Origin: the human T2T-CHM13v2.0 reference genome, Homo sapiens
Reading direction: 5' to 3' (one strand)
Assembly: GCF_009914755.1 (NCBI RefSeq)
Contig: NC_060947.1
Length of the DNA stretch: 64,000 nucleotides
Shown in pieces: positions 44,459-61,700 of the stretch (its first letter is position 1; every line of letters begins with the position of its first letter). Under the pieces are notes generated by a model. That model was not told the DNA's origin. It ran no database searches and saw only the letters and a list, made by a program, of their open reading frames with translations. Position numbers and translations under genes: made by a program.

Positions 44459-45725
44459 GTGGTTAATCTTTTGCTTTCCAAAGGGGGAAATGGTGAATAC
44501 TCTCTGCTCATTTTATTGGTGCCTATGCTTCCAATATATTTGTACAGCTGTACATGCTTTACACCTTATGTTACTCCGCAGTGCAAAAGCTCTCCATGGC
44601 TGCCTCTGTCCACCAGGCTAAGTAAAAATGCCTTGGTCTGGCATTCCAAGCTGTCCACAGTTTTTCTGTCCTCTCTGTCCTTATACTCTTATGCTCTGAA
44701 TAAATTGTATGAAACACCTCTGCATGTGACTTTTCTTAAACTGGAACAGTATTCCCTCTGCTTTCTACATTTCCTAAGCCCAACTGCACACAAATCCTAC
44801 TGTGTTTTGGGTCATTTTCTAGAAGCTGAAAATTTGTGGGGAACAAGACAGATATGGTCCCTTTTCTCATAGATTTTACACACTGGTGAGAAAGACAAAG
44901 AACAAACAAATAAATAAGCAAATATAATAATTCCAGACAATGATTAGGATTATGAAGAAACTGAAATACAGTAATACATAGAGTGGCAGAGAGTGCTACC
45001 CTAGATTAGTGTCCAGAGGTGCCTTCACTGTGGGGGTGGTATTGGAGCAGCTGTGGCCTCTGCCCTCATAGATCTCACAACCTAATTGAGGACACAGAAA
45101 CATATACAGAAGCTGTAATGTGGGAGCTTGAGTGTTATCATATGTGATTACAGAGAAGAGCTACTTAACATGGGCTGGGGTGGGACAGAGAAGGCATCCT
45201 GGAGGAAGTGACATTTAGGCTGGGATCTAAAGCATAATTAGGAGTTAGGTAAAAAAATAGTGGGGGAGGGGAAGACATTTCAGGCAGAAGGAGTAGTTTG
45301 TATAATGAATAACCAGAGATGAGGAAGAGCCTGGCCTTTGGGAAAACTACAAAGAGTTCTGCAGGTTGAAACTTAGACATGAGCATAGGAAGGTGAATGA
45401 TGAAGCTGGAGAATTAGGCGGGGCCAGATTATCAAAGGCTTTGTAGGTCCTGCTACTACAGTTTCAGGTGCTGAGACAGGTTTTATTATTATTATTATTA
45501 TTGTTTTCTTTCTGTGTGTAAGCAAGCTGAGGCCTGTGGAGGGTAAATAATCTGCACATGGTTTCATAGCTAGTAAGCAGCAGAGCTGGGATTCAAACCC
45601 AGGTTTGTTTGATTCTACTATACCACGTCACCTTGTAAGAATTCAATTTGATTATAATTATTCAATTCTTCATACAGAACCTTGAGTAGTCTGGTTTGGC
45701 TGGAACATATGGCATATACATATAT

Positions 45726-45901
45726 ATTTTCTAGGAAAATATTAGATTTCTAGTAGGCTACGTAGCTTTCTGAACAAGACCAGGTTAGTTCATCATTATA
45801 ATGAGTGCTCAGTACACATTGGCTGTATGTGGGTGTGATGGTTAATTTTACATATCAGCTTGGCTGAGTCATGGTGCTCAGATATTTGGTTAAATATCAT
45901 T
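45726..45901 (+). repeat. Second copy of 43532-43707, inserted into an L2 remnant
   Basis: Contains unique DNA plus only the first ~68 bp of the MLT2 LTR. Confidence 0.93.
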
Positions 45902-46486
45902 TAACAGGAATGGGACAGGAAACTGAAAATGTTCAGTGAGGCCAGATTATTGGGGGGAGGGGTAGTTAAATGCATGTCTGAGAAATCTACACTTAAGTAT
46001 CTTGATTTTACAGATAAGAAAACTAATGCTCAAAGAAACTAAGAAAGTTGCCCATGGATGCAAATTTAGTAAGTGGTGGAACTGGAATTCAACTGAGGTT
46101 TAACTGGTGCCAGAGTCCGAGACTGTGCCAAATCCTCAAAACTGTCTTTCTACCTTACCTTCGACCGCTTCCTCTCCACTGACTCTATCTACTCAGGCAT
46201 CCAAAAAAACTCCACATATATTGAGCACGTACTGCATGCCACAAACTGTACAAATTGTTCTGCATTCAATAGCTCATTATAAAATGCATTTGCTCTCATT
46301 TTATACATGAAGAAACTATGTCTCAGGTAAATTAACTTGTCTAAGGTTGCACTGCAAATACATCATGTGAATGTTTATATAATGGTAATAGTTGAAGCTC
46401 CAGTAGTAGATGTGGTCACTGAGGAAGATAATGAGGGGTAGGGTAAGAAAGAGGAGAGGAGAGCAAAAGGAAAATGAGACGGAAGT

Positions 46487-46870
46487 TGTCTTGGTCAGCC
46501 AGGGCTGCCATAACCAAATACCATAGACTATGGGGCTTAAACAACATGAATTTGTTTTTCACAGTTCTGGAGGCTGGGAAGTCCAAGATCAAGGTGCTAG
46601 TCAATTGCTCCCTAGTGAGGGTGCTCTGTCTGGATTGCAGACAGCCACCTTCTTGCTGTGTCCTCATATGAAAGAGAGAAAGCGAACTCTGATCTCTCTT
46701 CTTCTTCTTAGAAGGACGTTAATTCCATCATGAGGGCTCCATCCTCATGATCTTATCGAAAGCTAATTACCTCCCAAAGGTCTCACCTCCTAGTACCATC
46801 ACATTGGGAGTTAGGGCTTCAACATATGAATTTGGGAGATGGTGGTGGAGGACACAGTTCAGTCTATAGC
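46487..46870 (-). mobile_element. MLT1A-type LTR
   Basis: AGGGCTGCCATAACCAAATACCATAGAC...CACAGTTCAGTCTATAGCA. Confidence 0.8.
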
Positions 46871-48044
46871 AGAAAGGAAGGGAAGGGAAGGGAAGGAAAG
46901 GGAAGTGGGTGGGGGGAGGGGACTAACTGAGAACAGAACTTGGGAGAATGCCCACGTAAGGAGAGAGAACGAGGCAAAGGGGCCAGTGGAGACAGAAAGA
47001 ATGATCAGAGGAGTGCAATGCCCTGGAGGATGTGACAGGGAAGAAGCTTCCAGGGTGAAGGGGCAGCACCAAGTGTGTTCATTGCCACTGAGTCACTGCT
47101 GTAGACAGGGTCACATGGAAGTGCCTAGATGTTGGATTTGGTTACCTGGGACGTTTTAGAGTAGTTGCAACTGGCAGAATGGTGAGGGCTGAGGACAGAC
47201 AGTAGAGGACTAAAGCTGAGAGAACAGAGCACAGGTGGATGCAACGGTTTCGTAGAGACTGGACAGAGAGGACAGGGGAGAACTCTGTTTGGTTGAAGAA
47301 AACTAATTTGGGATGGGGGATACTAAGTAATTCTGAATGATTGACAGGAAGGGGGTAGTACAGAAGAGACTGAGGGCTCCAGGAAGCCAGTGAGTAGAAG
47401 TGGTGAATAATTAATGGAGTGAGCAGCTGGGGAGCTGAGAGGAGGCAGGGCTGAAAGCAGAGTCAGAGAGTCTGGCTTTGGGCAGAAGGATGTGTGTAGT
47501 GCAATGGACACAATGCAGGTTTCAGTGAATTACAGACTTGGTTCTTGGTTCTACTACTTACTATGACCTTGTTCAAGCCACTTAATCTCTGTCAGCTTCA
47601 TTCTCCATACCTGGCAAATGGGGGTAATGAGAGGAGCTATATCTTAGGGTAGTTATGAGAATCCACTGAGCTAGTGGACAGGAACGCACCCAGCACAGGG
47701 CATGGCATCTAGTGGGTGCTTGATAAAGGGACAATAAATAAAAATGCAGAGATATTGGGAGGCGTGAGACTGAGTTAACACATATGAACTGGGCTCATAG
47801 TTCAACAGGCAGCCTAGATTGCCTGGATTGGGTCCCATAGTGCTCTGGTCTTTCTTCTTTTTTAAATAAGAACTCAAATCCCATCATGGTGGTACCATCC
47901 TTCTCACCTCATCTAAACCTAATTACCTCCAAAAGGCTGCACCTCCTAGTACCATCACATTAAAGGTTAGGTCTTCAACATATGAATTTTGGTTGGGGGC
48001 ACAATTCAGTCTACAGTGGAAGATGTGTTAGTGCTGCTCACCAC

Positions 48045-48342
48045 TTTTTTTTTTTTTTTGACAGAGTCTTGCTCTGTCGCCCAGGCTGAAGTGCAGTGGT
48101 ACAAACACGGCTTACTGCTCTTTCAATCTCCTGGGCTGAAGTGAATCCTCCCACCTTAGCCTGCTGAGTAGCCGGGATTATAGACATGTGCCACCATTCT
48201 CAGTTAATTTTTTAAAAAGTTTTTTAGAGACAGGGTCTTTCTATGTTGCCCAGGCTGGTCTCAAACTCCTGGGCTCAAGCAATCTTCCCACCTCGACCTC
48301 CTAAGGTGCTAGGATTACAGGTGTGAGCCACTGTGCCCAGTC
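48045..48342 (-). mobile_element. AluJ
   Basis: Antisense dimer with CTGGGCTCAAGCAATC. Confidence 0.88.
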
Positions 48343-49929
48343 TCACCAATATTGATGATCCCTTTCCTCCTGGGCTCAGAATAGGACTAAACTTTTCTCC
48401 TTTCTTGAAGTTAGATGTGGCCACGTGACTTTCCTTGGCAAATAAAGTATGAAAAATGCTTCTAGGTGGAAACGTTATTGGTTGTGAACTCTCCAGTGCT
48501 CTTTTCCTCTGACTTATCAAATAGGGAGAACTTACTGATAATGGAGGTGCAATGCAGAGCCACCAAGTGGAGAAGGACAGTTGCCCTTGACAGTCAACTA
48601 GACCTGCAGTGGACTGTGTGGGAAAGAGACAAGCTCCTTCTCTTTTAACCCACTGAGATCTTGAAATTGTTTGTTATTGCAACATAACCTGGCCTATCTT
48701 GATTTATATGCCCCCAAAAGTGAAAGCAAAGTGTCCCCTAATTCAATACTTGGTAATGTCTTTGAGGATACGTATGAAAAGTGAACATAAAGTTAATGTG
48801 ACTGGTTTTTAACAACTTGCCAGAATTTATAATCTCTCAAATTAATGTTCTTGTCTTCAAAGTAGTCACTGTGGGATTATATAATAATTTAAATGATGTA
48901 CAAAACAGTTATGAAATTCCTTTTACAACCCAACCTCAAAATTGATTAACTTAGTCATTTGCTATATGCCTGGCACTGGGGATACAGAGATGAAAAGCTG
49001 TGTTCTCTCCCCTTCAAGAGCTCACAGTGTTGTAGCAGGAAATATGTAAGTGATCTAAAGTGTCTTAATGTATGGTAGGGCCATAGGTGAGGAAAGAGGT
49101 CAGTTCTACCACAGAGATTCACAAAAGGCTCTATAGAGAAGGAGTGACTAAGCGTTCACTAGTCAGATAGATTGGGGTGGAGGGGACAGATAGATTGGGG
49201 TAGAGGGACCAACAGGAGCAAAAGCGTGGAGGGTTGAAGTAGCCTGGCCCATTTGGATAGGTGCAAATGCTTCTGTGTGTCTCCAGCCTAGTATAAGAAG
49301 GGGCCGCTGGAAGACATGAAGATAGAGAAGCAGGGAGGGGTAGATCATGGAGGGCCTGCTATGCCACACTGAGGAGTTTGTAGTTTAATCTATAAGAGAG
49401 GGAGAACAAATGATGGGTTTTAAGCAAGGGAGCCACATGACTTTTTTTTCTTTTGGATGGGAATAGAAAAATACATTTACTATTGCAACAGGAAAATATT
49501 GCTATGTACAGTCTCACTACCTTCTAAGAACGGTGAATTCCAATCACTAGTTAGTCCATTATTGATGGGTTGAGTGTGATTGATGCAAATTTGGAGCTGC
49601 CTGAATAGAATCAACTGCTCTGCATAAAAGAGGGAGGGGGAGATAAATTAGTTCATGGCTGGGGAAAGGAAAGCAGAAAAGGAAAGGGAGAGAGAGTGAC
49701 AGAGAAACTCAAGACAAAGGTGTCTAATGGAGATTTTGTATCAATGCGGTTGCTGTTTGGTTTTCTATATAAACCCTCATTTCTCTACAGAATTGCCAGC
49801 TAAATCTGCCCTGCTTACCTGTGCTTTGTGGAGAGGATTTGCTATTTAGGGATCCAGCTAAGTGCTGATTGTTACTTCAAGGTTAGCGTGGGGCAAAATA
49901 AACAGAAGTCACACCTGGAGACAATCAAC

Positions 49930-50350
49930 ATCTAGGCTATATAGTCTAGACTCTGGCTTGCCCTTGTGACTTGTTTTGGCCAATGAGACAACAGCAAACT
50001 TGATGCCGGCAGAGGCCTGGAAAAGCACTTTCTTGCTTGCTTGCACCTGTCTACTTTCCCCCTTGCTCCTCTGCCTTCACCATAAGAGCATGCATGGACT
50101 AGACTTTTGAATAATGAGAAACATGTGGCCCAGTGACCCCAGTTGCTTCAGCTGACAGCCAACTGCCAGGTGTGTGAAGTGAGCTCAGCTGAGACCAGAA
50201 CTATCCAGCCAGGCCCAACCAAGATCAGAAGAACTGCTCAGCTGATCTGGAGGCTCATGATAACAAATGAGTGGTTATTGATTTTTTGCCACTGAGTTTC
50301 GGGGTGATTTGTCACACAGGATTGTTGTAACACTGGGTAGTTGATACACA
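49930..50350 (+). mobile_element. Old MLT1 (G/H-like) LTR
   Basis: CTTGTGACTTGTTTTGGCCAATGAG...GCCACTGAGTTTCGGGGTGATTTG...TTGATACA. Confidence 0.65.
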
Positions 50351-51643
50351 TGTCATAAAAGTAACCCACACATGCCTCTGCCATAGTCAGAATAGTGAGG
50401 AATCAGGAAGCTGCCACTTCAACCGTTGGCTCCAAATTCCAGTTTCTAGATTCATAGGAGTTGAAAGCAGAACACAGGCCGTCCATTGTGCTAGCAAAGA
50501 TTGTAGCATAGGCAGTGTGGTCCTGGGGCCAGCGGTTCAAAACCTTCTTCTGCAGAAGAAAAAAAAGAGAGAGAGAGAGGCACCGGTGTTTGTTTAGCTG
50601 GAAATCAGTGATGGCTTTCAAATACCTCAACGTGTCTTACTCTTCTGAAAATGTTACCTTGACTCCTGTGGTTTTTAAGTACGAGTCTCTTTGCTTCCTT
50701 AATGGTCTCTATACTGCTTTCATGTTTTGTCCTATTTTTGCATTATGTTTAAGCTTAACACACCTTCCATGTTATGTGGAGGTAGATCTGAATCCCAAAT
50801 CAGAGTATCATGAAAATACTGAATTGTAAAGCTGAAAGAGACCTTTGCACATCACTAGGAGTAAGGACATCAGTACAGCCCACTCGTAGAGGTGGGACTT
50901 TGTCCTTAGGTCCTCCCAAACATTCTCTCATGCTTAACTTTCCAATGTTTTTTGTGTGTGGGGGTGTGAGGTGAGGAAAGGTTTGGGAAGCTACCTAAAG
51001 CACCATGCTCTAGTGTCAGATTCAGATTCTAGGGATCCAGTTCTCAAACACCACATCTAGGTGTGATATGGTTTGGATTTGTGTCCCTGCTCAAATCTCA
51101 TGTCGAATTTTAAGCTCCAATATTGGAAAAGGGGCCTGGTGGGAGGTGATTGGCTCATGCAGTAGGTTTCCCCCTTGGTGTTCTCATGATAGTAACTGAG
51201 TTCTCATGAGATCTTGTTGTTTAAAAGTGTGTAGCACCTCCCACTTTGCTCTCTTCCTCCTGCCCCAGCCACATAAGATATGCCTGCTTCCCTTTCGCCT
51301 TCTGCCATGATTGAAAGTTTCCTGAGAAATCCCCGGTCATGCTACCTCTACAGCTGTGGAACAGTGAGCAAATTAAAACTCTTTTTTTTTTTATCATATA
51401 TAACCCAGTCTCAGGTATTTCTTTTTTTTTTAATTATTATTATACTTTAAGTTTTAGGGTACATGTGCACAATGTGCAGGTTAGTTACATATGTCTACAT
51501 GTGCCATGCTGGTGTGCTGCACCCACTAACTCATCATCTAGCATTAGGTATATCGCCTAATGCTATCCCTCCCCCCTCCCCCCACCCCACAGCAGTCCCC
51601 AGAGTGTGATGTTCCCCTTCCTGTGTCCATGTGTTCTCATTGT

Positions 51644-55482
<3,839 letters not shown>

Positions 55483-55530
55483 TTATTTTGCACGTTAGTT
55501 GATGCAGTTTCTTCCTAGTCTCGATGGTCT

Positions 55531-56547
55531 TTACATTTTGGCATGATTTTGCAGCGGCTGGTACCGGTTGTTCCTTTCCATGTTTAGTGCTTCCTTCAGG
55601 AGCTCTTTTAGGGCAGGCCTGGTGGTGACAAAATCTCTCAGCATTTGCTTGTCTGTAAAGTATTTTATTTCTCCTTCACTTATGAAGCTTAGTTTGGCTG
55701 GATATGAAATTCTGGGTTGAAAATTCTTTTCTTTAAGAATGTTGAATATTGGCCCCCACTCTCTTCTGGCTTGTAGAGTTTCTGCCAAGAGATCCGCTGT
55801 TAGTCTGATGGGCTTCCCTTTGAGGGTAATCCGACCTTTCTCTCTGGCTGCCCTTAACATTTTTTCCTTCATTTCAACTTTGGTGAATCTGACAATTATG
55901 TGTCTTGGAGTTGCTCTTCTCAAGGAGGATCTTTGTGGCGTTCTCTGTATTTCCTGAATCTGAATGTTGGCCTGCCTTGCTAGATTGGGGAAGTTCTCCT
56001 GGATAATATCCTGCAGAGTGTTTTCCAACTTGGTTCCATTCTCCACATCACTTTCAGGTACACCAATCAGACGTAGATTTGGTCTTTTCACATAGTCCCA
56101 TATTTCTTGGAGGCTTTGCTCGTTTCTTTTTATTCTTTTTTCTTTAAACTTCCCTTCTCGCTTCATTTCATTCATTTCATCTTCCATCGCTGATACCCTT
56201 TCTTCCAGTTGATCGCATTGGCTCCTGAGGCTTCTGCATTCTTCACGTAGTTCTCGAGCCTTGGTTTTCAGCTCCATCAGCTCCTTTAAGCACTTCTCTG
56301 TCTTGGTTAATCTAGTTATACATTCTTCTAAATGTTTTTCAAAGTTTTCAACTTCTTTGCCTTTGGTTTGAGTGTCCTCCCATAGCTTGGAGTAATTTGA
56401 TCGTCTGAAGCCTTCTTCTCTCAGCTCGTTAAAGTCATTCTCCGTCCAGCTTTGTTCCGTTGCTGGTGAGGAACTGCATTCCTTTGGAGGAGGAGAGGTG
56501 CCCTGCTTTTTAGAGTTTCCAGTTTTTCTGCTCTGTTTTTTCCCCAT
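55531..56547 (-). CDS. L1 ORF1p, open, 338 aa
   Basis: Full-length frame MGKKQSRKTG...QNHAKM. Confidence 0.93.
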   Translation of the reverse strand: MGKKQSRKTGNSKKQGTSPPPKECSSSPATEQSWTENDFNELREEGFRRSNYSKLWEDTQTKGKEVENFEKHLEECITRLTKTEKCLKELMELKTKARELREECRSLRSQCDQLEERVSAMEDEMNEMKREGKFKEKRIKRNEQSLQEIWDYVKRPNLRLIGVPESDVENGTKLENTLQDIIQENFPNLARQANIQIQEIQRTPQRSSLRRATPRHIIVRFTKVEMKEKMLRAAREKGRITLKGKPIRLTADLLAETLQARREWGPIFNILKEKNFQPRISYPAKLSFISEGEIKYFTDKQMLRDFVTTRPALKELLKEALNMERNNRYQPLQNHAKM

Positions 56548-57002
56548 CTTTGTGGTTTTATCTACTTTTGGTCTTTGATGATGGTGATGTACAGATGGGT
56601 TTTTGGTGTGGATGTCCTTTCTGTTTGTTAGTTTTCCTTCTAACAGACAGGACCCTCAGCTGCAGGTCTGTTGGAGTACCCGGCCATGTGAGGTGTCAGT
56701 CTGCCCCTGCTGGAGGGTGCCTCCCAGTTAGGCTGCTCAGGGATCAGGGGTCAGGGACCCACTTGAGGAGGCAATCTGCCTGTTCTCAGATCTCCAGCTG
56801 CGTTCTGGGAGAACCTCTGCTCTCTTCAAAGCTGTCAGACAGGGACATTTAAGTCTGCAGAGGTTACTGCTGTCTTTTTGTTTGTCTGTGCCCTGCCCCC
56901 AGAGGTGGAGCCTACAGAGGCAGGGAGGCCTCCTTGAGCTGTGGTGGGCTCCACCCAGTTCGAACTTCCTGGCTACTTTGTTTACCTAAGCGAGCCTGGG
57001 CA

Positions 57003-57311
57003 ATGGCGGGCGCCCCTCCCCCAGCCTCGCTGCCGCCTTGCAGTTTGATCTCAGACTGCTGTGCTAGCAATCAGCGAGACTCCGTGGGCGTAGGACCCTC
57101 CGAGCCAGGTGCGGGACATAATCTCCTGGTGTGCCGTTTTTTAAGCCCCTCGGAAAAGCGCAGTATTCGGGTGGGAGTGACCCGATTTTCCAGGTGCCGT
57201 CTGTCACCCCTTTCTTTGACTAGGAAAGGGAACTCCCTGACCCCTTGCGCTTCCGGAGTGAGGCAATGCCTCGCCCTGCTTCGGCTCGTGCATGGTGCGC
57301 GCACCCACTGA
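57003..57311 (+). CDS. L1 ORF0, extended 102-aa variant
   Basis: MAGAPPPASLPPCS... reads past the 71-aa stop after RFSRC. Confidence 0.7.
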   Translation: MAGAPPPASLPPCSLISDCCASNQRDSVGVGPSEPGAGHNLLVCRFLSPSEKRSIRVGVTRFSRCRLSPLSLTRKGNSLTPCASGVRQCLALLRLVHGARTH

Positions 57312-58689
57312 CCTGCGCCCACTGTCTGGCACTCCCTAGTGAGATGAACCCGGTACCTCAGATGGAAATGCAGAAATCACCCATCTTCTGCGTCGCTCAC
57401 ACTGGGAGCTGTAGACCGGAGCTGTTCCTATTCAGCCATCTTGGCTCCTCCCTCCCAGGTATTTCTTTATAGCAGTGTGAGAACGGACTAATACAAGGTG
57501 AATGCTTGGAGCAACCAATCCCAAATGTCCAAATTCAATATCAGTTCAGTTCCTCTAGTTATGACTAGTGTATCTCCTTAAACTTCACAAAAGATATTTG
57601 TTTTCTTACCTTTTGTATTTTACAGAATTTATTCAGGGTTCCTTTCTTGTACTCTACTTAAGTATGGACAAAACGTTCTTGAAATTTCAGGCAGAATGGT
57701 AATTTACATAAGAATGTCCTGATTTGTAGGAAATGCATGCTAAAGTATTTAGAGGTAAACTCATGATTCCTGCAATTTACTTTTAAAAAGTTCAGCAAAA
57801 ATAAAATATATACATCTATTATTTATCTATGTAAGGCAAATATGGAAAAATGTTAACAATTGTTGATCTAAGTAGAGGGTATGTGGGTTTGCATTGTATA
57901 ATTCTTCGAACTTTCTTGCTTAAAAAATTAAAAAAATATCCTATAAAGAAACTTCTGGCCTAGATGGCCCCACCAGAGTTTTACCACGCAGTCAAATAAC
58001 CTAATTATATATGCAGAGTAACTAATGTTTCAAGTAATTTTTGAACACAACACTCTGACTATAGATATTTAGTGAGATAAATTCTAAGGACAAGGAACCA
58101 GAAAGACATCTTAACTTTCCTCATTGTTTATTGTTAATAGTATTTTATTTTGAAATCATTTTATGCATATCATAGGATAAAGCAAATAACTATATTAATG
58201 TTTTTAGGAACCGATATTTTCACTATAAGAGAAAATAGTTAGAAATATGTTATGTTGATGGGAGATACCTAGAGGTTCTTGAGATTCTGTTTGTTTCCAG
58301 GTGAGCATGTAAGAATCACCGGCCTTGATACTGCAGGCTGAGAACTCTGGCAGCAACTTCCATGACTTTTGCTCACCAAGCTCTTCCAACAGATATGTAG
58401 GTCTCTGTTTCCTTGTATTAAAACCTTTCATACTTGGAATACATAGAGTGGCTCCTGTTTTCCTGACCAAACTCTGATTAATAGAGAAGGCCTATTTTAG
58501 TTGTGGTTCATCCCTACCCTAACTTAGAGCCCTTTAGAGGCTCGACTTCATGTGGATTGGGTTTGCTGTAGGACTCCTTACCTTGAGTGGGACCTGGGCC
58601 TTGACTTCTCTGCACCTTGCCCCTTGAGGCCGTAGAACTGATGCTTAAAGTATTCAGTACCAGCAAATATTCACAGAGTAAAAGTAGTT

Positions 58690-59052
58690 CCTCAGTCCAT
58701 TTGGGCTGCTATAACAAAGTGCCATAGACTGGGTGGATTAAACAACAGAAATTTCTTTCTCACAGTCCTGGAGCTTGGAAGTCTGCGATCAGGGTGCCAG
58801 CACGATCATTTCTGGTGAGTGCCCTCTGCCAAGTTGAATACTATTGACTTCTCCTTGTATCCTCATATGGCAGAGAGCAGAGAGAGCTCTCTAGGATCCC
58901 TTTTATAGGGCACCACTCCCATTCATGAGGGCTCTACCCTCATGACCTAATTGCCTCCTAAATGCCCCACCTCCTAATGCCATCACATTCAGGGTTAGGA
59001 TTTCAACATATGAATTTTGGGGTGAGGGACATACACATTCACTTCATAACAA
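58690..59052 (-). mobile_element. MLT1A/MSTD-type LTR
   Basis: CAGTCCATTTGGGCTGCTATAACAAAGTGCC...ACATTCACTTCATAACA. Confidence 0.8.
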
Positions 59053-59120
59053 GTGGCTTTGGTGTACTGATATTCAGCTTACTTCTCTGGGAAATTTGAC
59101 CTGGCAGTTCCCACATTATC

Positions 59121-59244
59121 TTTTTTTCTTTTTTTTTTTTTTTTTGAGGCAGAGTCTCCCTCTGTCAACCAGGCTGGAGTGCAGTGGCACGATCTCGGCT
59201 CACAGCAACCTCTGCCTCCCAGGTTCAAGAGATTCTCCCGTCTC
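59121..59244 (-). mobile_element. 5'-truncated Alu
   Basis: Poly(T) plus a right-arm fragment. Confidence 0.85.
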
Positions 59245-61039
59245 TTTTAATCATGTAAATATTTTAAAGGGAGGGAATGTTTCTGTGTTTTATGGAGCAT
59301 TTTTTGTTATTTTTGGCAGGAGGGTTCATCCGAATAACCTAGCCTGTCACTAAAGGAAATGGAAGCCCTCAGAAGCTCTTGAAGCTTAATCCAAGGAGGT
59401 TCTACAGGGCTATGCTAATGAAAAGAATTTTGTGCACCCTGGCAAATCAGTGGAAGGGATCTATTACATTTAAGGCAACAGGCGTTTTCAGAGCCTCTCC
59501 ATTTAAAGCATTTATGCAGCTCTCTCATTCATGATATTATCCTTCCTCATAATAATGGCTTTAAAAATTCAGTACAATAAGGTTTCAATTCTTTGCACTT
59601 ACAAATTTAACTCATTCATAGACCCCCCGAAACCCATCAGTGGGTCCTAGGTTAAGAAGTTGTCACTTAGAAAAATATCTAGGCCACTCAACTCTGGAAA
59701 CCAGTAAGCCCACAGAAACGGAGCTGAAAGAAATGGGCAGATGTGTTTTATACACCTGTTGGCCACTAGGAACGCTGCAGCCCAGCAAGCCGAAATGCTC
59801 CTGTTCATACAGTTTCAGATTGAGCTAAGTTGCCTTCTTCCCGCTGCATCTACACTTGAGAAACACAAAGTATATTGATGTGGCACTAGCCTAAAATAAC
59901 TGTTTCCTGTTGAATTTACTTTCTTGGATCTTAAAGATGAGAAGAACAGAGTGTGAAATTGAGCTTGTTCACATGAACAGTTCCTGGAGTTCCAAGCTGA
60001 TTGGAAGTTAATTCTTCAGCCAGAGAACTCTCTCTTCGCATCTTTCCTATCCCTTTTGACAAGAAAGCAAGTGGAAATTCACAAATCTTATTGTCAGAAT
60101 GAAGACTCCCCCTTTAAGTTTTTTCTCCTGCATCTTGAATCTCCATGGATTATAATCTTAAGAAAACAGGGGCTCCAAATACAACTTGGGTATTCTTCCC
60201 TCTAATATTGTAACAGAAGGAGTTCAGGAGAGAATGCAAGGAAGTTTTATTGATGTGATCTCACATGAGTATTTTCAAAGGATGATTTGGGCGAGGGTCC
60301 AAAAACTGAGATGAGATGATCCTTCTAGGTTGAAGGGATACTATTTTTCAAGTCACTTTTTAATGTAAATTCCATCGCTTACTCTTTTTGCATGACACGT
60401 TCATTGTAGAAGAGTTAGAAAATACTGCCAAGTAAAAAGAAATAAGACGTGGTTAATAGCAACCAGCATTTATTGAGCACTTACCATGGGCCAGACACTG
60501 TATTACATCTCATTTAATTCTCAAACCAGTCTGATGACTTTAGTACTCATTATGTCCATTTCACAGGTGTAGAGAATGGGGTCCAAGGTCCCACAGTTAA
60601 GAGGTGGTGGAGTTGAGATGTGAATATAGGCAGTCTGAGTCTGGAGCCCAGTCGCTTACCACTGTGCTTTTATATTTTTATTCCAAGTGCTGTTACTTAG
60701 AGAAGCAACTGATTACAGAGGAATCAGAGTCAAGGATCTGAATTTCAGGTTTGGCTTAGACATTAATTAGCTGTTAGAACCTAGGCACCTTGTTTAATCT
60801 CTTCCTGTGACACTTTCAAAGGCTCTCAGTTGCCATTAGCATAAAATCAAAGTTTCTTAGTCTGGCATTCAAAATCCCTATTCAGTTCTGGTTTGTCTAC
60901 TGTTCCTGAATATCAAATCCACTTGAACTTTGCTTGCTTTTACTCTACTAATGCTTTAGGGTTGATTTGTTATATCCTGAGTTACCCCTAAGCAAGCCAT
61001 CCCCTCCACCCATGTCTTAGCCCTGATTAAGCTTATTCA

Positions 61040-61700
61040 TTATTCATGAAAAAAACATTGAGTGCCTACCACATTCCAGGTAGTGTGCTAGACACTAGGA
61101 CCATAACAATAAATAAGGTGGTCAACATCCCAGGTCTCAAGCATGTTACAGGTTAGAGAAAGGAAGGAAGGCTAAATGAAATAAACAAAACAAAACAATT
61201 AGGACTGCAAGTTATGATTAAGTGCCATGAAGGAAAAAATAAGACAGGAACCTACTTTAGATGGGATGATCTGGAAAGGTCTTTCAGAAGAGGTGACATT
61301 TAAACAGAGCTATAAAGAATGAGAAAGAGCCAGCATTGTTACAATTGGGAGAAGAGCATGTGAAAGAAGAAACAGCAAATGCAAAGCCCTGAGGGAAACA
61401 CAAGCTTGGTTTTTTATTACGGACCAAACAGAAGGCCAGTGTGGCTATAGAGCAGAGTGAGCAAGCACCAGAGTGAAAAAAAAGTGAGGCTAAAGAGTTA
61501 GGCAGGACTAGTTCATGCAAGGCATCATAGGCCAAGGCAAGCAGTTCTTGGTTTTGTTTATTAATAAAATTAAAAGCCATCGAAAGCTTTCAAACAGAGG
61601 AATAGTATAATCTGCTTTGCTTTTTGAAACAACAATTCCTTCAGTTCACATGTAGAAGGTGGTTTTGGGAGAGTTGGAGTGGTGGCGTAAGAAGACATCT
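61040..61700 (-). mobile_element. L2
   Basis: CATTGAGTGCCTACCACATTCCAGG...GAGGTGACATTTAAACAGAG. Confidence 0.75.

Noticed and set aside
59603-59700. Strong minus-strand GTAAGT donor at 59602
   Set aside because: The upstream sequence resembles a DNA-transposon (MER-type) remnant and gave no phase-compatible open frame.
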